Below, in pieces: positions 26,520-33,523 of a DNA stretch of 35,562 bases; the stretch's first letter is position 1; each line of letters opens with the position of its first letter. Origin of the DNA: Bdellovibrionales bacterium. Its GTDB lineage: Bacteria > Bdellovibrionota > Bdellovibrionia > Bdellovibrionales > JAGQZY01. The stretch lies in contig JANPLN010000038.1 of NCBI GenBank assembly GCA_031426555.1, positions 1-35,562 of the forward strand, read 5' to 3'. The notes under the pieces were generated by a model that saw only the letters and a list, made by a program, of their open reading frames with translations, did not search any database and was not told the DNA's origin. A program made the position numbers and the translations under genes.

Positions 26520-27695
26520 ATGAAAGCATTATGTTGGGAAGGCAAGTACGACATTAGCGTAAAAAATGTGAGCGAGCCCAAAATTTTAAATCCCCACGAC
26601 GCCATTATTAAAGTTACATCTGCCGCCATCTGCGGCTCCGATCTGCATTTGTACGATGGATATATCCCCACGATGCAAGCCGGAGATATCTTGGGCCACG
26701 AAACTATGGGCCTTGTGGTGGAAGTGGGACCGCTGGTTCGAAATGTGAAAGTCGGGCAAAAAATTGTTGTCGCTTTTGACATCGCCTGTGGAAGTTGCGG
26801 ACATTGTCAGGTGGAACAGTACTCGGCCTGCGACAATACCAATCCCAATGCACCCATGGCCGAAGCTCTCTATGGTTACGCCGGAGCAGGGCTGTACGGG
26901 TATTCCCACTTGTACGGCGGCTACGCTGGTGGACAAGCCGAGTACTTACGGGTTCCCTTTGTGGATACCAATTCCCTGGTGGTACCAGAGGGTATCGACG
27001 ACGATAAAGTTTTATTTTTAAGCGATATTTTTCCCACGGGCTACATGGCTGCCGAAAACTGTAACATTCAGCGTGGGGATACCGTGGCTATTTGGGGCGC
27101 CGGCCCCGTTGGACAAATGGCGATTAAAAGCGCTTTCCTTTTAGGCGCGGAGCGCGTGATCGCCATTGATCATTATCCAGGTCGTTTAGCAATGGCAAAA
27201 AACAACGGTGCCATGCCTGTGAACTACGAGGAGAGTGAGGGAATTTTAGACGAAATCAAATATCTCACCGGAGGAAAAGGTCCCGATTCCTGTATCGATG
27301 CTGTCGGCCTCGAGGCCCATGGCACAACTCCGACGGCTATTTTAGATCGCGTAAAAGCAGCCGCTTTTTTAGCCACAGATAGAATCGATGCGTTAAGGCA
27401 GGCCATTCAATCTTGTAAAAAAAGTGGAACAGTTTCTATCCCAGGTGTGTATGGTGGTATGTTAGATAATGTTCCTTTCGGTGCAGCCTTCGGAAAAGGT
27501 CTCACCTTAAAAATGGGACAAACCCATACGCAAAAATATATGCAGCCTTTACTTAAAAAAATAGTTGCAGGCGAGGTAGATCCATCCACCGTGATCACAC
27601 ATCGCGTGCAAATTGAGCAGGGACCAACAGCTTATAAGACATTCAGCGATCAAAAAAATGAGTGTATCAAAGTTGTGATCAAAATGGTTCATTAA
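26520..27695 (+). CDS. Zinc-dependent alcohol dehydrogenase (formaldehyde dehydrogenase-like, YbdR type)
   Basis: ICGSDLH, GHE, structural Zn CGSCGHC...C, GGQAEY.RVP, SDIFPTG and GAGPVG. Confidence 0.93.
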   Translation: MKALCWEGKYDISVKNVSEPKILNPHDAIIKVTSAAICGSDLHLYDGYIPTMQAGDILGHETMGLVVEVGPLVRNVKVGQKIVVAFDIACGSCGHCQVEQYSACDNTNPNAPMAEALYGYAGAGLYGYSHLYGGYAGGQAEYLRVPFVDTNSLVVPEGIDDDKVLFLSDIFPTGYMAAENCNIQRGDTVAIWGAGPVGQMAIKSAFLLGAERVIAIDHYPGRLAMAKNNGAMPVNYEESEGILDEIKYLTGGKGPDSCIDAVGLEAHGTTPTAILDRVKAAAFLATDRIDALRQAIQSCKKSGTVSIPGVYGGMLDNVPFGAAFGKGLTLKMGQTHTQKYMQPLLKKIVAGEVDPSTVITHRVQIEQGPTAYKTFSDQKNECIKVVIKMVH

Positions 27696-27698
27696 GAG

Positions 27699-28757
27699 GT
27701 GGATCTCGTAAAAGGTCAGCCCGAAACTCGGCTTAGTCATGAGGATTTTCGAAAAAAATTTCTGCAATCCTTTTTTGATCCTCGTTTCGAAGAGCTCAGC
27801 GACGCTCTTGATAAAGTTTGCGACCAAGCTTGGAAAAATTATTCCGATGGTCGCAAAGCACCCGTCACCGAACCCGCAGGCGAGGGGTTTCAAGATCCGC
27901 ACTATCCGCTGTCCGTGGAATGGAAAGAAACTGAAGAGCAATTGCGAAATGCCCAAAAAGATTGGAGCTCTTCACGGCCAAGAATTCTCGTCATTAATGG
28001 ATCTCCGCGCAACGAGCACAGTTGCCCTGGCGAAGTTTCCAAGTCCTACTTGTTGGCGAAAATGGCAATGGACATGATTTCTCTGCATTCTATGGATGCT
28101 GAGTTTTTGGATTTAAGCCGTGCAACGGCTGAGTTTGGTAAAAATATTTATCCTTGCAAGGGCTGCGTTTCAACGGCGATGCCATTGTGTCACTGGCCTT
28201 GCAGCTGCTATCCCAATAATTCCTTGGGACAAGTGAATGATTGGATGGCCGAAATTTATCTTTCGTGGGTAAGAGCCCACGGGGTGTTAATCGTTACGCC
28301 CGTGCACTGGTACCAAACTCCAAGCGTTCTAAAGCTGATGATGGATCGGATGGTTTGTGCCGACGGTGGTAATGAAGATCCCACGTCAACCCAAGGAAAA
28401 GACGCCCGACGTGCTAAAAAAATAGAATTGGCAGGCTGGAACTTCCCTCTTCATTTGCGAGATCGAACGTTCGCAGTGATTGTTCACGGAGACAGCGTGG
28501 GAGCTGAAGCTGTTAGAAGAAATCTTTGCGACTGGATGATCGATTTAGGCTTATATCCAGCCGGCCCTCGGAGTGCATTGGATGGATATATTGGCTATTA
28601 TGAACCCTACGCTTTGAGCCATTCAGCCTTGGAAAAAGATAAAAAGTTTACGCAGGAATGCCAAAACACTGTGGCAGCTCTTATCCAACAGGTGATTTTG
28701 CTAAAACAGGGAGTTAAGGTTTCAGGCCAAGATCTCGAACAAGTGAGAAAGAAATAA
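27699..28757 (+). CDS. Flavodoxin family / NADPH-dependent FMN reductase-like protein with a Cys cluster
   Basis: ILVINGSPR, CKGCVSTAMPLCHWPCSCYPN and TPVHWYQ.PS.LKLMMDR. GTG start. Confidence 0.85.
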   Translation: MDLVKGQPETRLSHEDFRKKFLQSFFDPRFEELSDALDKVCDQAWKNYSDGRKAPVTEPAGEGFQDPHYPLSVEWKETEEQLRNAQKDWSSSRPRILVINGSPRNEHSCPGEVSKSYLLAKMAMDMISLHSMDAEFLDLSRATAEFGKNIYPCKGCVSTAMPLCHWPCSCYPNNSLGQVNDWMAEIYLSWVRAHGVLIVTPVHWYQTPSVLKLMMDRMVCADGGNEDPTSTQGKDARRAKKIELAGWNFPLHLRDRTFAVIVHGDSVGAEAVRRNLCDWMIDLGLYPAGPRSALDGYIGYYEPYALSHSALEKDKKFTQECQNTVAALIQQVILLKQGVKVSGQDLEQVRKK

Positions 28758-28764
28758 TTAATCC

Positions 28765-29442
28765 ATGTTTATTCCGAACTATTCGCGAGCACTCAGTCCC
28801 AGTTTTTTTGCACAGGATACGATTGAGGTTGCAAAAGCACTTTTGGGAAAATCCCTGGTTTGCAATATAGCTGGTCAGGCCGTAGGTGGGCGAATTGTAG
28901 AAACCGAAGCCTATCTCGGTCTCGAAGACCCGTCCTGTCACTCCTTCCATGGTCGTAAAACGTCTCGCTCGCAAACGTTTTACATGGCGGCTGGTACCAT
29001 TTATGTGTATCTCGTTTACGGGTTGTATTCTTGCTTCAATGTTATTACTGGAAATGAGTCGACACCGGAGGCTGTGCTCGTTCGTGCACTGGAGCCTCTG
29101 TACGGCTTGGATGTTATGCATAAAAACCGTCAGCTCCAGTCGCCGACAAAGTCTGCAATTCAGCTTTGCAGCGGGCCAGGAAAACTATGTGAAGCGCTTT
29201 CTATCGATCTTAGTATGAATCAAAAAAGTTTTTCGCCCCAACTTTATATTGCGCACGAAAATTTGCAAAATAATGAACGTCTTGAAATTGTGGAATCGAG
29301 GCGTATTGGACTTAATTCTCGATTAGACAGCGCTCACTGGCCGCTGAGATTTTATATTAAAGAAAGTCCATTTGTTTCCTCACCAAAACAAAGAAGCGAG
29401 GGCGGCAATAGTGCCAAGAACTCCTATTGCGGCAGTTCCTAA
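28765..29442 (+). CDS. DNA-3-methyladenine glycosylase (MPG/AAG family)
   Basis: GRIVETEAY, YVYLVYG, AVLVRALEP, SGPGKLC and RIG motifs. The 3' end overlaps the convergent gene by 63 nt. Confidence 0.93.
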   Translation: MFIPNYSRALSPSFFAQDTIEVAKALLGKSLVCNIAGQAVGGRIVETEAYLGLEDPSCHSFHGRKTSRSQTFYMAAGTIYVYLVYGLYSCFNVITGNESTPEAVLVRALEPLYGLDVMHKNRQLQSPTKSAIQLCSGPGKLCEALSIDLSMNQKSFSPQLYIAHENLQNNERLEIVESRRIGLNSRLDSAHWPLRFYIKESPFVSSPKQRSEGGNSAKNSYCGSS

Positions 29443-29913
29443 AGCAATGCACAGACTGCGTTTAAACTTCCAGTGCCATTGCAACTTGAGCCATAGTTGT
29501 TGACGGCGAAAGTGCATATTCATTTTTTTGAATTCAAACTGTAAACTTTGTCGCAGCGACTGATGCTGGGCTGCGGGAAGTTTTTGAAACTCAACGGCTA
29601 CAAGTTTACAGTCTTTTTGATAAAAATCTGACTCTATCAGCGTAAATTTTTGCACTCGCTGAACTTTGGCATAACAGGCCACCGGCTCGCCACCAGGTAC
29701 GGCAAATTCCACCATGATCATTTCGTTGATTTGTGGCGAATCCAAGTACGGTACGGTAAAGGCCATGCCTGTTTCAGAAAGATTGACCACTTCGGTAAAA
29801 AACGCGCGATGCCCCTTGGGGTAAGGAGCGTAGCGCATGATCTTTTTATCTTTCATTTGCAGAACGTAGCGGGGCGATCGATTGTGAAGTTTTTCGGTTG
29901 ATTGGCTGCTCAC
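29380..29913 (-). CDS. PilZ domain protein with a C-terminal membrane anchor
   Basis: RSPRY...VNLSETGMAF...AKVQRV...VAVEF, followed by a hydrophobic C-terminal helix. Confidence 0.8.
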   Translation of the reverse strand: MSSQSTEKLHNRSPRYVLQMKDKKIMRYAPYPKGHRAFFTEVVNLSETGMAFTVPYLDSPQINEMIMVEFAVPGGEPVACYAKVQRVQKFTLIESDFYQKDCKLVAVEFQKLPAAQHQSLRQSLQFEFKKMNMHFRRQQLWLKLQWHWKFKRSLCIALGTAAIGVLGTIAALASLFW

Positions 29914-29919
29914 TATTTC

Positions 29920-29946
29920 TATTCGACAAAACTTTCGCTTGTTTTA
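29920..29946 (-). promoter_or_regulatory. Sigma28 (FliA)-like promoter
   Basis: Minus strand TAAA-N15-GTCGAATA, ending 6 nt before GTG 29913. Confidence 0.55.
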
Positions 29947-30870
29947 CAAGTCAAAAGGGTCCCAACCGACTTCGGTCATTGCGGTTTTTTCGCCATCGGA
30001 GATATAAAAGTTTTCAGCGCCGGCAACGGCTTTGCCGATCACATGCAGACCTAGGTCGGAGATCAGTTTTTCTGATGACTGCCGGGCGAGCGTTAGTAAA
30101 AGCTGATAGTCTTCGCCGCCAAAAAGAATCATGTTTTTAAGACTTTTGTTTTTTTCGCTGCAAAGCTTTTCCAGCTCGGTGTGATAAGGAATTTTTGCAA
30201 ACTCAATTTCGAAAGCGCACTGCGAATGGCGGCTGATATCTTGAACACTGCGGGCCAAACTGTCACTAATATCGGTGAGCGAGGTGAGGACGTTGCTTTG
30301 GCCAAGCGCCAGCGCTGTTTGAATTTGTGCATTTGGTTTAATAAAAGCTTTTACAAGTTCGGGGTAGTTCCACTGGTTTTCGCAAGCGAGAAGCCCGGCG
30401 GCAGCACTGCCAAGAGGACCGGTGACGGCGAGGAGATCCCCGGGCTGTGCACCTTTTTTAAGGGCGGGCTTGGTATTAAAACCAAAAACTACAAAATCCA
30501 AGTAGGTGAGCGACGAAGACTGAGTTAAATCTCCGCCAATCAAGGGAACTTGATATTCCAGGCAGGCCTGCTCTACACCTTTAAAAATTTCGGCCCAGCT
30601 ATTTTTATGATATTTACACAAAGCCGCTGACAGCAAGAGCCCGCTGGGCGCCGTGGCCATGGCCGCCATGTCGCTTAACGCCTGAACCACGCCCTTGTAG
30701 CCAATTTCTTCAGCATTTTTATGGTAATCCCAGCGAAAGTGGGTGTTTTCCACAAACTGATCGGTGGAAATAATGAGGTCGTTAAAGATGGCCGCGTCCT
30801 CATCCAGGTTTTTTGCGCCTGTGCGTTGACTGATGCCCTGTACGATTTTTAACAAATCTCGCTCTTTCAT
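29944..30870 (-). CDS. thiL: Thiamine-monophosphate kinase
   Basis: EDAA, STDQFVENTHF, SDMAAM, LIGGD, VTGPLG, DISD and GGEDYQL. Start MKERDLL (30870) preferred over 30897. Confidence 0.92.
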   Translation of the reverse strand: MKERDLLKIVQGISQRTGAKNLDEDAAIFNDLIISTDQFVENTHFRWDYHKNAEEIGYKGVVQALSDMAAMATAPSGLLLSAALCKYHKNSWAEIFKGVEQACLEYQVPLIGGDLTQSSSLTYLDFVVFGFNTKPALKKGAQPGDLLAVTGPLGSAAAGLLACENQWNYPELVKAFIKPNAQIQTALALGQSNVLTSLTDISDSLARSVQDISRHSQCAFEIEFAKIPYHTELEKLCSEKNKSLKNMILFGGEDYQLLLTLARQSSEKLISDLGLHVIGKAVAGAENFYISDGEKTAMTEVGWDPFDL

Positions 30871-30943
30871 AGTGTCGGTTGTAGCATGGTTTCGCATTTT
30901 CTGTTAATCCTCAGTTTTACATTTCTTCCCGACTCAAGGTCAT

Positions 30944-32707
30944 ATGAAGCGAGGTTTTATGCAAATATGGGTGCGCGTTTTATTTTTTATTTTATTAACC
31001 AGTTGTGCAAATTTTTCGAAAACTTCCAAGACCGAAGCGTGGGAAAGTTTCGAGACCTCATTTTTCGCAGATCTTTGGAACCTCTATCCCAAATGGGCCT
31101 TCGGACTGGGCCACAAAGATTTTGCCGGTCAGCTTAAAATTCCCAATCGCGCGTATTTGTTGGAACAAAAAGAATTTTTAGTAAAACATCAGCAAAAACT
31201 CGCGGCCTTAAAATACGCGGAGCTGACAATGCAAGAGCAGACCGATTATGAATTGGTTAAAAATTTTATTGAGTCATCGCAGTGGGAACTGGACACCTTT
31301 AAATCCTACAGCTGGGATCCGTCGCAGTACAATCTTGGCAGCACACTGACTGAAGTTTTGGAGACGAAAAAGCTTTCGGGGTCAGAAAAGTTAGCCGCTG
31401 TGGTGCAAAAGCTAAAATTAGTACCGGCCTATTACAAAGCCGCCTTTGAATTGCTGCAAAAGCCGACCCAGGAACATATAAGCCTGGCGGTTCGACAAAA
31501 CCAAGCACTAGCTGATTATTTGGACAAACAATTTTTAGATCAGGCTTTGGATTTGACCACTCAACTTGCGCAGAAAAAAGAGATTCGCGACCTGTTGCAA
31601 AACGCTTCAACCGCCGTGCGCTTGTACGTGTCGTCGTTAAAAAGCCTCGAGAAAAATTTGGCGCAGAAAAAAGATTTTCGCAACTTCCGCATCGGTCGTA
31701 AACTGTACGCGCAAAAATTTAAGTTCGATTTAGATTCGCAATCGACGGCGGAGCAGATTTATCAAAAAGCTCTTGCGGCAAAAAAAGACACCCATCAAGA
31801 AATGATCAAAATTGCGCAACAACTGTGGCCCAAGTATTTTGCCCAGCAAAAACCACCTAAAAACAATTTACTGATGGTTGGCAAGGTGCTGGAAAATGTT
31901 TCGCAAAAACACACCACGCCAGAGGACTTTGTTAAAACCGTGCGCGAGCAGATTCCCGAACTCTGGAAATTTGTCGAGACCAAAAAGCTTTTAACCATGG
32001 ACTCTAAAAAACCCCTCGTGGTGCGTGAAACGCCCGTTTTTAACCGTGGCTTTGCGGGAGCGGGAGTGAATGCGCCCGGTCCCTACGATGACAAACGCGA
32101 AACGTTTTACGAAGTCACTCCGCTGGATGGAATGCCTGCAGAAAAACAGCAGAGCTACTTGCGAGAGTACAATCACTACACCCTACAAATTTTAAACATC
32201 CACGAAGCCGTCCCAGGGCATTACACGCAGCTGGTGTACAGCCTTCAATCGCCCAGTTTGGTAAAAAAAGTTTTTGGCAACGGTACAATGGTAGAGGGCT
32301 GGGCTGTTTACACCGAGCGCATGATGCTGGAAGAAGGCTATGGAAATAACGAGCCCGAATTGTGGCTGATGTATTACAAATGGCGATTGCGAGTGGTAAG
32401 TAACACCATTCTGGATTACAGTTTGCACAATTTGGATATGGCTAGGTCAGAAGCCTTAAAACTTCTAACGGAAGAAGCTTTTCAAGAAAAAGCGGAGGCC
32501 GAGGAAAAATGGAATCGCGCCACCTACTCGCAGGTGCAGCTTGCGAGTTACTTTACGGGCTTTACCGAAATTTATGAATATCGCGAAGAGCTTAAGAAAA
32601 AAATGGGCGAGCGTTTTGATTTAAAAGCCTTTCACGAAAAATTCTTAAGCTTTGGCAGTGCGCCCATTCACGTGATTGAAACATTGATGAATAAGGAGAT
32701 GCAGTGA
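30944..32707 (+). CDS. DUF885 family lipoprotein (metallopeptidase-like)
   Basis: Lipobox LTSC, HEAVPGHYTQ, EGWAVYTE, YFTG and FDLKAFHE.FL.FG..P. The start may be 30959. Confidence 0.9.
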   Translation: MKRGFMQIWVRVLFFILLTSCANFSKTSKTEAWESFETSFFADLWNLYPKWAFGLGHKDFAGQLKIPNRAYLLEQKEFLVKHQQKLAALKYAELTMQEQTDYELVKNFIESSQWELDTFKSYSWDPSQYNLGSTLTEVLETKKLSGSEKLAAVVQKLKLVPAYYKAAFELLQKPTQEHISLAVRQNQALADYLDKQFLDQALDLTTQLAQKKEIRDLLQNASTAVRLYVSSLKSLEKNLAQKKDFRNFRIGRKLYAQKFKFDLDSQSTAEQIYQKALAAKKDTHQEMIKIAQQLWPKYFAQQKPPKNNLLMVGKVLENVSQKHTTPEDFVKTVREQIPELWKFVETKKLLTMDSKKPLVVRETPVFNRGFAGAGVNAPGPYDDKRETFYEVTPLDGMPAEKQQSYLREYNHYTLQILNIHEAVPGHYTQLVYSLQSPSLVKKVFGNGTMVEGWAVYTERMMLEEGYGNNEPELWLMYYKWRLRVVSNTILDYSLHNLDMARSEALKLLTEEAFQEKAEAEEKWNRATYSQVQLASYFTGFTEIYEYREELKKKMGERFDLKAFHEKFLSFGSAPIHVIETLMNKEMQ

Positions 32708-33345
32708 TGTCGCCTTTTGCTTTGTTTCAAGAATGGTACCAAGCAGCGGAACAGGGCGGTCAAGTGGAGCCCAACGCTTTGGTGCTTTCCAGTGTGCAAG
32801 AAAACGGGCGCCCCACGTCGCGACTGGTTCTGCTAAAACATACCGAGGACGAAACCTATTATTTCTTTACGAACTACAACAGCAACAAAGCGAAAGCGCT
32901 TTTGGCAAATCCCTTTGCAAGCTTCAACTTTCACTGGCGCAGTCCTTTGCATCGCCAGGTGAGAATTGAAGGGGATATTGTGCGCGCGTCAGAGAAAATT
33001 TCGGATGATTATTTTAAAACGCGCCCTCGCGGAAGCCAAATCGGTGCGTGGTCGTCGCCGCAAAGTCAAAAAATTGAAAATCGTTCTGAGTTAGAATCTC
33101 GCGTGCAAGAGTTCGAAAAACAATTTGCAGGCCGCGATATTCCACGCCCCGAATACTGGGGCGGTTTTGGACTTAAGCCAACGCGCTTTGAGTTTTGGCA
33201 GGAGGGGGAGTTCCGGTTGCACACTCGACGTTTGTTTGTCCCGCAACCGGCTGGCCAGCCAATAAGCCAAACGATTGGGACACCAAAGAACCAATCAGCT
33301 GGGTCATCACCTCTCCAATGGTCGGAGTGCCTTCTCGCACCGTAA
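32704..33345 (+). CDS. pdxH: Pyridoxine/pyridoxamine 5'-phosphate oxidase
   Basis: SRLVLLK, FFTNYNSNK, RQVRIEG, RPRGSQIGAWSSPQS, WGGF, EFWQ...RLH and terminal LAP. Confidence 0.95.
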   Translation: MMSPFALFQEWYQAAEQGGQVEPNALVLSSVQENGRPTSRLVLLKHTEDETYYFFTNYNSNKAKALLANPFASFNFHWRSPLHRQVRIEGDIVRASEKISDDYFKTRPRGSQIGAWSSPQSQKIENRSELESRVQEFEKQFAGRDIPRPEYWGGFGLKPTRFEFWQEGEFRLHTRRLFVPQPAGQPISQTIGTPKNQSAGSSPLQWSECLLAP

Positions 33346-33488
33346 TGAATGAGTCCAGCGTCTTTTTTGCTCATTGTGTATCATTTAAAGGCGGTGAGCT
33401 TTTAAAATTTGCACGATTTTCTCTTTTTGAGACGAAAACTTGATATAAAAAACTTTTTGTTTGCTAAGCAATTGTTTTTTGCAGGACC

Positions 33489-33515
33489 TACAGGAAAAGT
33501 ATTTAATACCGATAA
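33489..33515 (+). promoter_or_regulatory. Sigma28 (FliA)-like promoter
   Basis: TACA-N15-ACCGATAA, with GTG at 33521 and ATG at 33524 immediately downstream. Confidence 0.65.
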
Positions 33516-33523
33516 GTTAGGTG

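Noticed and set aside
396..33443. Numerous 60-155 aa ORFs antisense or out of frame to recognised genes
   Set aside because: They overlap well-supported genes and have no motifs or RBS; treated as shadow ORFs.
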